Part shown: piece by piece, positions 9,481 through 17,913 of the stretch
Layout: each line of letters starts with the position of its first letter
How positions within the stretch are numbered: position 1 is the stretch's first letter
Translations under genes and position numbers: made by a program
Notes under the pieces: model-generated
Seen by the model: only the letters and a program-made list of their open reading frames with translations
Told to the model about the DNA's origin: nothing
Database searches by the model: none
DNA from: Dickeya dadantii NCPPB 898
GTDB lineage: Bacteria; Pseudomonadota; Gammaproteobacteria; Enterobacterales; Enterobacteriaceae
Assembly (NCBI RefSeq): GCF_000406145.1
Contig: NZ_CM001976.1
Span: 1,330,729-1,362,728, forward strand
Direction of reading: 5' to 3'
Length of the DNA stretch: 32,000 nucleotides

Positions 9481-10991
9481 AGGTGGCCTCCGTGAGCCGC
9501 GGCGACGACAGGCTGGATATCCAGCAGCCGCGCACCGTTATCATCCAGCCGGAAACGAAATGTCACCGTCATGCCGGGCTGGAGATTCGCCGGCAGCGCA
9601 GCGCCGTCGAAGGTGAAATCCATGGTCATCGGCGGCCAGTCCAGCGCCGGCACCGCATCGTGGGCGAGGGTGACCTGTTTGCCGTTGATGGCTTTGATCA
9701 CCCCCTTGGTCTGGTAACCGCTGGTGGGCGTGGCCGCGGGTGGCGGGGTCTTGTCCTGCGCGGTGTCGCTAAAGGCGGTCAGCGCGCTGCGCAGGCTGGC
9801 CTCGGAGTCGATCAGGAACTGGCCGGAGATCACCACGTTGTCGCCGTCGTTAAGACCCGAGCGGATTTCCGCCCAGCCGTCCTGAATGACGCCCACCTCA
9901 ACCGGGCGCGGCGTGAAATAGCCCTTACCGTCGTTCAGTAATACCCGATTCTGCCGGCTGCTGACCAGCAGTGCCTGTTGCGGAATCATCAGCGCCTGAC
10001 GAGCGGCGCCGGCGGCAAGCCGCACGGTCAGGTACATACCGGGCTTGAGGCGCTGCTGGCGGTTGTCCAGTATTACGCGGGCTTTCAGCGTGCGGGTGGC
10101 GCTGTCGAGTTGCGGCAGCAGTTCGGCGATGCGTCCGTGGAAGGTGTCGTCCGGCCAGCTATCACTGATGGCGAGCATCTCATCGCCGAGATGTAACGCC
10201 GCCGCCTGCGCTGCCGGATATTCCACCTCAACCCACACCGGGTCGAGGCTGGCCAGCTCAAACAGCGGTTGTGCCGGGGTTAACTGGGCGCCGGTGCGGA
10301 CATCCAACCGATTGATGTAGCCGTTCTCCGGCGCGGTGATGGTCAACCGGGGTTGCGGTTTGCCGCTGCGTTCCACCTGACGAATGACGCTTTCCGGCAT
10401 GAACATCAGCGCCAGCTTTTGTCGCGCGGCCTGGCTCAACTCCGGGTCCCCTAACTGGCGTACCGCCAGATACTCCTGCTGGGCGGCCGCCCAACTCGGG
10501 TTCCACAGCACCGCCAGCGTTTGGCCTTTCTGCACCGGCTGTTGCACCGCGCTGACGTTAAGTTGTTCGACCACGCCGCCGCTGGGCGCCACCAGCGTGC
10601 GCAAGGTGCGCTCATTGAGCGCCACGGTACCGTAACCGGTGGCCTGCGGCCGCAGTTCGCGGCGTTCGGCCCGGGCGGTGCGCACGCCAAGATTTTGCTG
10701 CTGGCGCGGGCTGACCGTCACGCCGCCGTTATCCTGCACTTCATCGGCGTAGCGCGGCGTCAACGGCATATCCATAAACGGCGATTTACCGGGCTGATCG
10801 AAGCGTTTATCCGGCACCATCGGATCATACCAATAGAGTACCTTGCGCCCGCCGTTGGCGTCGGGCGTTGCGGCGGCGCCAGGCATTGTCGTGCCGGTGG
10901 CGCGATTGCCGCTGTAGTAGCCAGTTGAGTAACCGGCTGCGGCCGCCGCCAATGCCACGGCAATCAGGCTGACAGTAAAAGTTCGGTTCAT
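9477..10991 (-). CDS. cusB: Efflux RND periplasmic adaptor (CusB family) with C-terminal CusF-like metal-binding domain
   Basis: The [25 protein letters not shown] motif matches the CusB N-terminal Met site. The last ~79 aa (9480..9716) carry [20 protein letters not shown], the CusF H/W/M/M signature. The start was chosen at MNRTF (ATGA overlap with the upstream gene, then a hydrophobic leader). The track start at 11036 is also possible. Confidence 0.88.
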   Translation of the reverse strand: MNRTFTVSLIAVALAAAAAGYSTGYYSGNRATGTTMPGAAATPDANGGRKVLYWYDPMVPDKRFDQPGKSPFMDMPLTPRYADEVQDNGGVTVSPRQQQNLGVRTARAERRELRPQATGYGTVALNERTLRTLVAPSGGVVEQLNVSAVQQPVQKGQTLAVLWNPSWAAAQQEYLAVRQLGDPELSQAARQKLALMFMPESVIRQVERSGKPQPRLTITAPENGYINRLDVRTGAQLTPAQPLFELASLDPVWVEVEYPAAQAAALHLGDEMLAISDSWPDDTFHGRIAELLPQLDSATRTLKARVILDNRQQRLKPGMYLTVRLAAGAARQALMIPQQALLVSSRQNRVLLNDGKGYFTPRPVEVGVIQDGWAEIRSGLNDGDNVVISGQFLIDSEASLRSALTAFSDTAQDKTPPPAATPTSGYQTKGVIKAINGKQVTLAHDAVPALDWPPMTMDFTFDGAALPANLQPGMTVTFRFRLDDNGARLLDIQPVVAAAHGGHL

Positions 10992-12247
10992 TTTGCGGCG
11001 GTTCCTTGTGGCGTCAGGTAGCGGAGGGCGGCCCACAGCGCCGCCATATCACGGGCGGCGTTCTGTGCGGCGATGCGGCTGTCCAGCAGCGCGCGACGGG
11101 CTTCCAGCACGCCGGCCAAATCGCTGCCGCCGCTCAGGTACTGGCTTTGCAGCAGCCGGATGCGCTGTTGCTGCAGTGGCAACACCTCGTCGTTTTGACG
11201 ATGCCAGCGCGACTGCGCCGCCTGATACTGCGCCAGCAGGGTGTCGAGTTGCGCCCGGTGTTCCCGTTGGGCGAGTGCGACCCGGTCGCGGGCTTCCATA
11301 CTGCGGGCCACGTCGGCGGCGTGATCTTTATCCTGCCGCCGGGACTGGAACAGCGGCAAATCCATGCTGATCTCGACGCCGGCCATATCGTCGAAGTTGT
11401 TGCCGCGGCGGCCGTAATAGACTTCGACGCCGATATCCGGGATCGCCGCGACCGCGGATTGCGCCGCCCTGGCCTGCGCCAGCCGGGTTTCCTGCTCGGC
11501 CTGGGCGATTTCCGGATGATCGGCGATGGCGGCGTACAGCACCGCCGGGTCTGCGGGCAGGCCTTCGAAACGAGGCAGCGGCCCTTGCGTGGTGACATCG
11601 GCGACGCCGGTCAGCCGGGTCAGCCGCGTTTGCGCGATGGATGCATCACGGGTGGCGTCCGCCAGCCGATCTTGCATGGCGGAGAGCGTCAGCCGGGCAT
11701 CCAGCACCCTGGTCGATTCGCCGCCGGCCGTTACGCCGGCTTTCTGAACGCTAATCTGTCGTTGGCTTTCCTGCACCAGCGCGTTGACTTCCTGCAATAT
11801 CTGGCGGGAAAGCGCCAGTTCCAGCCAGGCCTGCGCGGTATCGCGTTGCAGTTGGGCGCGCAGGGTTTCGCTGTTGCCGCGCACGGTGTCGGCTTCCGCC
11901 AGAATGGTTTGCGCCTTGCGTTCGCGCTTGGTGGCGCTGACGTAAGTCTGCATGATACCGACGCGTTGCATGGTCATGCCTTCGCGCGTCAGGCGCTGGT
12001 TGTTATTACCGCCGAGCGGTACGTTTTCGATGCCGTATTTCAGCTGTGGGTCCGGCAGTTGTGTGGCGGAATCGGCCATGTTTTGCAGCGCGTTCATCCG
12101 GTGCTGGTTGGCTGACAGGTCGGCGGAATACTGTTCCGCCGCCTGTAGCGCGCCATCCAGATCCAGTGCCGCCGCGAATGACGCGGCAGGCAGCCACAAC
12201 AACATCGCCAGCCACGCGCGCGGAGCGCGGAGCGTGCGTGTGAGCAT
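10988..12247 (-). CDS. TolC/CzcC-family outer-membrane efflux factor of the Cus-type system (no lipobox)
   Basis: 419 aa. The signal peptide ends in ASFA-AALD without Cys. It has long coiled Ala/Gln/Arg-rich repeats typical of outer-membrane factors. GGAG precedes the ATG, and translation is coupled to cusB. Confidence 0.8.
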   Translation of the reverse strand: MLTRTLRAPRAWLAMLLWLPAASFAAALDLDGALQAAEQYSADLSANQHRMNALQNMADSATQLPDPQLKYGIENVPLGGNNNQRLTREGMTMQRVGIMQTYVSATKRERKAQTILAEADTVRGNSETLRAQLQRDTAQAWLELALSRQILQEVNALVQESQRQISVQKAGVTAGGESTRVLDARLTLSAMQDRLADATRDASIAQTRLTRLTGVADVTTQGPLPRFEGLPADPAVLYAAIADHPEIAQAEQETRLAQARAAQSAVAAIPDIGVEVYYGRRGNNFDDMAGVEISMDLPLFQSRRQDKDHAADVARSMEARDRVALAQREHRAQLDTLLAQYQAAQSRWHRQNDEVLPLQQQRIRLLQSQYLSGGSDLAGVLEARRALLDSRIAAQNAARDMAALWAALRYLTPQGTAAK

Positions 12248-12259
12248 GGTAGTCTCCGG

Positions 12260-12670
12260 TCAGTTTTGCTGCGGTGTGATGTCAGTCAGGGTGTAGCCGT
12301 CCGCGCTTTGCACGAAGCTGAAACTGGCCGTGCTGCCCAGCGGCAGCGGCGCCCGGTTATCGTTTGCAGGCAGGCGGAAGGTCATGGTCATCGCCGGCCA
12401 GCGCAAGGCGGGAATCGCCGCATGCGCCAGCGTGACGCCGCTAGCGTTCCACTGTTTGATGATGCCGCTGGAGTGGTAGACCGTTGACGACTCGGAGGGA
12501 GAGGACGACATGCCGTTATGGTTCATCTCGCCGCTCATGGAATGGGACATGCCGTTCATGCCGCTCATGTCGCTGGTCATGGTGTGAGTCTGGTGCTGGT
12601 CAGCCAGCAGTGGGGCGGAAAATAATGTGGAATACAGCAGGGTGGCGACGGCCACGGAAAGTGTACGCAT
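12260..12670 (-). CDS. cusF: Periplasmic Cu(I)/Ag(I)-binding protein CusF with Met/His-rich N-terminal extension
   Basis: Signal peptide ...PLLA-DQ. VTLAHAAIPALRWPAMTMTF conserves the CusF H, W, M, M ligands. GGAG precedes the ATG. Confidence 0.85.
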   Translation of the reverse strand: MRTLSVAVATLLYSTLFSAPLLADQHQTHTMTSDMSGMNGMSHSMSGEMNHNGMSSSPSESSTVYHSSGIIKQWNASGVTLAHAAIPALRWPAMTMTFRLPANDNRAPLPLGSTASFSFVQSADGYTLTDITPQQN

Positions 12671-12743
12671 GATAATAGCTCCATAAATACGATAAATAAC
12701 AAGTTATTGCGCAAAAGCGCACGACGGTTGTTTATCGCGGAGG

Positions 12744-13187
12744 CTATTCTCTGAATCGGCAAAAACGAATTTCGGCGGGCGGGCCGGCGACCGGCGGTGT
12801 AAACCAGCGGTTGCTGCCGGTGGCGACGGGTTCCGGCGGCTGAACAGGCAGCAGTTCGCTGCTGGCAGGCAGCGCCAGTAGCGATAACGACGGTAAATCC
12901 TGACTGGCGGTGTCGGGCTGACAATGTTTCTCGCACAGCGGGCTGACGTCAGCGGTAGTCTGAATGCCCTGAGCGGCCGGCATATCGGGCATGACGGCGT
13001 CCGGCTGCATGCGATGAGCATCATGCTGAATACTCACCGGCGCGACGGTTACGGCAAGATCGCAGCGGTGGCCGGCCACCGCCAGTTGGGCATTCAGCAG
13101 TAGCCAGCATAGCGCCAACATCCAGCCCCATCCGCTTTTATAGCGCAGATGTCGCAGGCTGAGTGGATGATGGCGCGAAGCGGTCAT
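12744..13187 (-). CDS. Hypothetical exported or membrane-anchored Cys/His/Met-containing protein, first gene of the cus-type operon (possibly DUF2946/CzcI/CusD-like)
   Basis: 147 aa from the ATG at 13187 (the track start at 13247 is TTG). Hydrophobic segment WGWMLALCWLLLNAQLAVAGH. LCEKHC motif. Pro-rich C-terminus PPVAGPPAEIRF. Same strand as cusF and 73 nt upstream of it. The Shine-Dalgarno sequence is weak. Confidence 0.55.
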   Translation of the reverse strand: MTASRHHPLSLRHLRYKSGWGWMLALCWLLLNAQLAVAGHRCDLAVTVAPVSIQHDAHRMQPDAVMPDMPAAQGIQTTADVSPLCEKHCQPDTASQDLPSLSLLALPASSELLPVQPPEPVATGSNRWFTPPVAGPPAEIRFCRFRE

Positions 13188-13271
13188 GAGGCGAATGTCC
13201 TTATAAAAAGTGCAGCCAGTGTAAGAGGCGCAATCCGCGCCGGACAAGCAGGAATTTGCACAGATTTGTAA

Positions 13272-13292
13272 AGAGCCAGCAGTGCTGGCTCT
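13272..13292 (-). terminator. Hairpin downstream of galM (AGAGCCAG-CACUG-CUGGCUCU then UUUAC)
   Basis: 8-bp perfect stem, 10 nt after the galM stop, with a short U-tract. Likely the gal operon terminator. Confidence 0.5.
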
Positions 13293-13301
13293 CTGGTGGC
13301 A

Positions 13302-14384
13302 TCAATCCGTCGGGTTTTTAGCCTGATTGACACTAAACGCATACCGGGTGAGCGAGCGATAGCGCTTGCCGGGCTTCAGCCAGCAGTCGGGTTGCGGCCA
13401 GTCCGAATGATTGGGGCTGTCCGGCAGAAATTCGCTTTCCAGCGCCAGCCCGGCGTGGTTGGCATAAGGCGTGCCGTCGCGTGACGGCGTACCGGCCAGA
13501 AAGTTGCCGCTGTAAAGTTGCAACGCCGGCGCGCTGGTATAAACCTGCATCTGGACCTTGCCGTCTGCCGACCACAGGCTGGCGGCCGGACTTTCAGTGG
13601 AGCCGCCGGTGCGGTGCAGCAAGAAGGCGTGGTCGTAACCGCGAACGGCCTGCTGGTCCGCATCGGCCAGAAAATCCTGCATCAGGGTCTTGGGCTGGCG
13701 AAAGTCGAAGCTGCTGTCCGCCACATCCCGCAATGTATCGCCGGGAATACCATCCTGATTTACCGGCAGGTAGTAATCCGCCATCAGTTGCAACTGGTGA
13801 TGCCGCACGTCGCTCGGTTCGCTGTCGAGGTTGAAATAGGCATGGTTGGTCAGGCACACCGGGCAGGGTTGGTCTACCTCGGCCTGATATTCAATGTCCA
13901 GCGCGTTCTGGTCGATCAGTTGATAACTGACCTGTGCGGTCAGCGCGCCGGGAAAGCCCTGATCGCCGTCCGGCGAATGCAACTGGTAGATGACCTGATC
14001 GTCACTCTGCTTGAGAATTTGCCAGCGCCGGGCATGAAAACCGTCCGGTCCGCCATGCAATTGGTGCGCGCCCTGATTGGCGTGCAGGCGGGTGACCGTA
14101 TCGCCCTGACGCAGGGTGGCGTTGGCGATGCGGTTAGCGTAGCGCCCCACCGACGCGCCCAGATAAGCAGCCTGATGCGGGTACTGTTCAGGCGCGCAGC
14201 CCAGCAGTACTTCACGGGTTGTGCCGCCGGGCAGCGGCAACTGACAGGAGAGCCAGGTGGCTCCCCAATCCATCAACGTTACCCGCGTACCGTGACGATT
14301 TTGCAGTACGGTCAGCTGAAACGGCTGACCATCCGGAGCGAGCGCCGTTTGCGGCGCGCGCGGTTCAACAGGGTCATTCGACAT
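13302..14384 (-). CDS. galM: Aldose 1-epimerase (galactose mutarotase)
   Basis: [25 protein letters not shown] and [13 protein letters not shown] are colinear with E. coli GalM. The start overlaps the galK end by 11 nt. Confidence 0.95.
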   Translation of the reverse strand: MSNDPVEPRAPQTALAPDGQPFQLTVLQNRHGTRVTLMDWGATWLSCQLPLPGGTTREVLLGCAPEQYPHQAAYLGASVGRYANRIANATLRQGDTVTRLHANQGAHQLHGGPDGFHARRWQILKQSDDQVIYQLHSPDGDQGFPGALTAQVSYQLIDQNALDIEYQAEVDQPCPVCLTNHAYFNLDSEPSDVRHHQLQLMADYYLPVNQDGIPGDTLRDVADSSFDFRQPKTLMQDFLADADQQAVRGYDHAFLLHRTGGSTESPAASLWSADGKVQMQVYTSAPALQLYSGNFLAGTPSRDGTPYANHAGLALESEFLPDSPNHSDWPQPDCWLKPGKRYRSLTRYAFSVNQAKNPTD

Positions 14385-15525
14385 AACCGGCTCCTGGCGA
14401 GGCCTGACAGACGTAACAGGTGGGCTGTAATCCGGTTTTCGCCGGATACTCCCGCATCACGGCATTTTGCACCGCCGTCACGTGCTGTTGTGGGATCAGC
14501 GCCACGATACAGCCACCAAATCCGCCGCCGGTCATGCGCACGCCGCCTTCGGCGCCGATCACCGCCTTGACGATCTCCACCAGCGTATCAATCGGCGGTA
14601 CGGTAATCTCGAAGTCATCCCGCATTGAGACGTGAGAAGCGGCCATCAGTTCGCCCATCTGGCGCAGATCGCCGCGCGTCAGCGCATCGGCCGCCGCCAG
14701 CGTGCGGGCGTTTTCGGTGATGATGTGGCGGGCGCGACGGGCCACCACCTCATCCAGCCCGGCGACGTGGGCGGCGAAGTCGGCTTCGCTGACATCACGC
14801 AGCGCCTTGACCTGAAAATGGCGCGCCGCCGCTTCGCACTGCTGGCGGCGGGTGTTGTATTCGCTGTCCACCAGGCCGCGCTTGACGTTGGAGTTGATAA
14901 TCATCACCGCCACGTTGTCCGGCATCGACACCGCGCGAGTTTCCAGCGAACGGCAGTCGATCAGCAACGCATGGCCGCGCTTGCCCTGAGCCGAAATCAT
15001 CTGATCCATGATGCCGCAGTTGCAGCCGACGAACTGGTTTTCCGCTTCCTGGCCGTTGAGCGCCAGCGCCACATTGTCCAGCGGTAGCTGGTACAGCGCC
15101 TGAATCGCCTTGCCGACCGCCACTTCCAGCGACGCTGATGAACTCAGTCCCGCGCCCTGCGGTACGTCGCCGCTGATCACCAGATCCGCGCCGCCGAAGG
15201 CATCGCTGCGGGTTTTCAGATGCTTGATGACGCCGCGTACATAATTCGCCCATTGCCATTGCGGATGATGTTCGATCGGCGCGTCCAGCGAAAACTGATC
15301 CTGCTGGTTGTCGTAGTCCACCGCGATGACGCGGATTTGCCGGTCATCGCGCGGCGCGGCGCTGATGGTGGTCGAATAGTTGATGGCGCACGGCAGCACA
15401 AAGCCATCATTGTAGTCGGTGTGTTCCCCTATCAGGTTGACCCGGCCCGGCGCTTGTACGGTAAGGGCTGCCGGGTAACCGAACTGCTGCTGGAAAACCG
15501 CCTGGGTGCGTGCTGATAAGGTCAT
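14374..15525 (-). CDS. galK: Galactokinase
   Basis: [37 protein letters not shown] and MTGGGFGGC motifs. ATGA overlap with the galT stop. Confidence 0.97.
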   Translation of the reverse strand: MTLSARTQAVFQQQFGYPAALTVQAPGRVNLIGEHTDYNDGFVLPCAINYSTTISAAPRDDRQIRVIAVDYDNQQDQFSLDAPIEHHPQWQWANYVRGVIKHLKTRSDAFGGADLVISGDVPQGAGLSSSASLEVAVGKAIQALYQLPLDNVALALNGQEAENQFVGCNCGIMDQMISAQGKRGHALLIDCRSLETRAVSMPDNVAVMIINSNVKRGLVDSEYNTRRQQCEAAARHFQVKALRDVSEADFAAHVAGLDEVVARRARHIITENARTLAAADALTRGDLRQMGELMAASHVSMRDDFEITVPPIDTLVEIVKAVIGAEGGVRMTGGGFGGCIVALIPQQHVTAVQNAVMREYPAKTGLQPTCYVCQASPGAGYVE

Positions 15526-16574
15526 GCCTGAACTCCTGAATCACGGTAATGAATATCGCTGACCGCCCGCAGCCGCTCTGCGGCTTGTTCGGCGGTCAAA
15601 TCGCGCTGGGTTTCCGCCAGCATTTCGTAGCCCACCATGAATTTGCGCACCGTGGCGGAACGCAGCAGCGGCGGATAGAAGTGGGCGTGCAACTGCCAGT
15701 GTTGGTGGTCGCCGTCGGTAAACGGCGCGCCGTGCCAGCCCATCGAGTACGGGAATGAGGTCTGAAACAGATTGTCGTAACGGCTGGTGAGTTTCTTCAA
15801 CGCCAGCGCCAGATCCTGACGCTGCTCCGTGGTGATGTCCGGCAGGCGCAGGGTGTGGGCTTTGGGCAGCAGCAACGTTTCAAACGGCCAGGCCGCCCAA
15901 TAGGGCACCACCGCCAGCCAGTGCTCGGTTTCCACCACATGGCGCGCGCCGTCCTGCAATTCGCGTTGCAGGTAATCCACCAGCAACGGCGAGCCGTACT
16001 GCTGGAAATAGTCGCGTTGCTGCCGGTCTTCCCGTTCCGCCTCGTTGGGCAGAAAATCGTTGGCCCAGATCTGACCGTGAGGATGCGGGTTGGAGCAGCC
16101 CATCGCCGCCCCCTTGTTTTCAAACACCTGCACCCACGGGTAGGTTTGCCCCAGTTCGGCGCTCTGCCGTTGCCAGGTGGCGACCACCTGTTCCAGCGCG
16201 CCGAGCGACAGCTCCGGCAGGGTTTTGCTGTGATCCGGCGAAAAGCAGATCACCCGGCTGGTACCGCGCGCGCTTTGGCAGCGCATCAGCGGGTCGCTGT
16301 TTTCCGGCGCCGCCGGGGTATCGGCCATCAGCGCGGCGAAATCGTTGGTGAAAACAAACGTGTCCTGATAGTCGGGGTTGGTATCCCCGGTCGCCCGCGT
16401 GTTGCCGGGGCAGAGGAAACAGCTGGGATCGTGCGACGGCAACGGGTCGGACGATACGCTTTCCTGTTGCCCCAGCCACGGGCGTTTGGCGCGGTGCGGC
16501 GATACCAGTACCCACTGACCGGTCAGCGGGTTGTAGCGACGGTGCGGATGTTCAACGAGGTCAAAATACGCCAT
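15522..16574 (-). CDS. galT: Galactose-1-phosphate uridylyltransferase
   Basis: [33 protein letters not shown] aligns residue-for-residue with the E. coli GalT N-terminus. HPHGQ active-site motif is present. The track start at 16610 is an extension. Confidence 0.95.
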   Translation of the reverse strand: MAYFDLVEHPHRRYNPLTGQWVLVSPHRAKRPWLGQQESVSSDPLPSHDPSCFLCPGNTRATGDTNPDYQDTFVFTNDFAALMADTPAAPENSDPLMRCQSARGTSRVICFSPDHSKTLPELSLGALEQVVATWQRQSAELGQTYPWVQVFENKGAAMGCSNPHPHGQIWANDFLPNEAEREDRQQRDYFQQYGSPLLVDYLQRELQDGARHVVETEHWLAVVPYWAAWPFETLLLPKAHTLRLPDITTEQRQDLALALKKLTSRYDNLFQTSFPYSMGWHGAPFTDGDHQHWQLHAHFYPPLLRSATVRKFMVGYEMLAETQRDLTAEQAAERLRAVSDIHYRDSGVQA

Positions 16575-16650
16575 GGGATACCTTACTCTGTCATCGGGAA
16601 ACGGCGTCATCGAAAAGCGATGCGTCCTGAAAAACGGTTATTTGGTTCAG

Positions 16651-17667
16651 TCAGTCCGAAAAGCCATTCGGATGGCGTGACTGCCAGCGCCAGGTATCGG
16701 CGGCCATCTCGTCCAGCGTCCGGCTGACGCGCCAGTTGAAGTCGCGGGCGGCTTTTTCCGCGTCGGCCCAGTAAGCGGGCAGGTCGCCGTCGCGACGGGG
16801 CGCGAAATGGTACGGCAGCGGCTTGCCGCAGGCGCGGCTGAAGGCTTCTACTACCTGAAGTACGCTGTAACCGACGCCGGCGCCGAGGTTATAGATGTGT
16901 ACGCCGGGTTTGCCGTGCAGGGTATTCATGGCGGCGATATGACCATCGGCCAAATCCACTACGTGGATATAGTCCCGTACGCCGGTGCCGTCGACGGTCG
17001 GATAATCGTTGCCGAAAATCGCCAGCGAGTCGCGGCGACCCACCGCCACCTGGGCGATGTAAGGCATCAGGTTATTGGGCACGCCCTGCGGGTCTTCTCC
17101 CATTTCGCCCGACGGATGCGCACCCACCGGGTTGAAGTAGCGCAGCAGCACCACGCTCCAGTCCGGTTCCGCGCGCTGCAAATCCTGCAGGATCTGCTCT
17201 ACCATCAGTTTGCTGCGGCCGTAAGGGCTGGCGGGGGTGCCGGTGGGGAAACTTTCCTGATACGGGATCTGCGGCTGGTCGCCATACACGGTAGCGGAAG
17301 AGCTGAAAATCAGCGTCTTGACGCCCGCGTGTTTCATGGCTTCCACCAGCGTCAGTGTGCCGTACACGTTGTTGTCGTAGTAGCTGATGGGTTCGCGTAC
17401 CGATTCGCCTACTGCTTTAAGGCCGGCGAAGTGGATCACCGCGCCAATATCATGTTCGGCAAAAATAGTCTGCAACAGGCCGCTATCGCGGATATCGCCC
17501 TGATAAAACACCGGCGTCTGTCCGCTGACGTGGGCAATGGCCTTTGTCACGCTGGATTTGCTGTTGCATAGGTTGTCGAGAATAACCGGCTGATGACCGG
17601 CGGCGATCAGTTGTACACAGGTATGACTGCCAATGTAACCGATACCACCTGTAACCAATACTTTCAT
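16651..17667 (-). CDS. galE: UDP-glucose 4-epimerase
   Basis: MKVLVTGGIGYIGSHTCVQL..., 338 aa, colinear with E. coli GalE. AGAGG RBS. The track start at 17733 is an extension. Confidence 0.97.
   Translation of the reverse strand: MKVLVTGGIGYIGSHTCVQLIAAGHQPVILDNLCNSKSSVTKAIAHVSGQTPVFYQGDIRDSGLLQTIFAEHDIGAVIHFAGLKAVGESVREPISYYDNNVYGTLTLVEAMKHAGVKTLIFSSSATVYGDQPQIPYQESFPTGTPASPYGRSKLMVEQILQDLQRAEPDWSVVLLRYFNPVGAHPSGEMGEDPQGVPNNLMPYIAQVAVGRRDSLAIFGNDYPTVDGTGVRDYIHVVDLADGHIAAMNTLHGKPGVHIYNLGAGVGYSVLQVVEAFSRACGKPLPYHFAPRRDGDLPAYWADAEKAARDFNWRVSRTLDEMAADTWRWQSRHPNGFSD
17633..17648 (-). promoter_or_regulatory. Candidate internal GalR/GalS operator OI inside galE (GTGGTATCGGTTACAT)
   Basis: 15/16 identical to the E. 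coli OI GTGGTAGCGGTTACAT as recalled. It lies in codons for TGGIGYIG, so part of the conservation is coding constraint. Confidence 0.5.
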
Positions 17668-17733
17668 AATGACCTCTGTTGCAGAAAACTGGTTGGGAAA
17701 ATAGCACGACCGTAGCGGGAAAAAGGTGATCAA

Positions 17734-17759
17734 CGCCTTAAATAGCGATAATTAAGGCG
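17734..17759 (-). other. Hairpin in the putative galE leader (CGCCTTAA-N10-TTAAGGCG)
   Basis: 8-bp perfect inverted repeat, 67-92 nt upstream of the galE ATG. Confidence 0.5.
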
Positions 17760-17801
17760 ATACAGCTCGATCGATGTGTCTGGGTGAGGTTATAGGATAT
17801 C

Positions 17802-17807
17802 AATATA
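17802..17807 (-). promoter_or_regulatory. Candidate gal -10 element (TATATT, overlapping TACTAT)
   Basis: With this -10, the OE centre falls near -60 relative to the predicted start, as in E. coli galP1. The assignment is tentative. Confidence 0.3.
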
Positions 17808-17846
17808 GTATGATGCGGTACTAGGGAAAATACTCTGTATTTTTTT

Positions 17847-17862
17847 GTGGTAACGTTATCAC
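17847..17862 (-). promoter_or_regulatory. GalR/GalS-type operator OE (GTGGTAACGTTATCAC)
   Basis: Near-perfect 16-bp LacI-family palindrome fitting GTGnAAnCGnTTnCAC, upstream of galE. Confidence 0.7.
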
Positions 17863-17877
17863 AAAGTGGGCGAAATG

Positions 17878-17902
17878 ACGGTTTCGCCGCAAGCGAAACC
17901 GT
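17878..17902 (-). terminator. Hairpin after modF (ACGGTTTCGC-N5-GCGAAACCGT)
   Basis: 10-bp perfect stem, 12 nt after the modF stop, followed by CATTTCGCCCACTTT (moderately U-rich). Confidence 0.55.
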
Positions 17903-17913
17903 GTTGTGAGCGA

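Noticed and set aside
13188-13301. Search for a CusR box, a CueR dyad or a clear sigma-70 promoter upstream of the cus-type operon
   Set aside because: I found only a TATAAG with no acceptable -35 at 16-18 nt, and an imperfect TTTACA-N6-TGCAAA element (12/18 self-complementary) that matches no regulator I can name. This is too weak to annotate.
16575-16610. Longer track starts for several genes (galT 16610, galE 17733, zitB 4110, aroG 4296, modF 19413, modE 20325, modA 20694, modC 22140, small protein 30850, cusB 11036)
   Set aside because: For the conserved backbone genes, alignment with the E. coli orthologue fixes a downstream Met, and most of those Mets have an RBS. For the small secreted protein, the downstream Met has a strong RBS followed directly by a signal peptide. 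For cusB the choice is less certain and is flagged in the feature.
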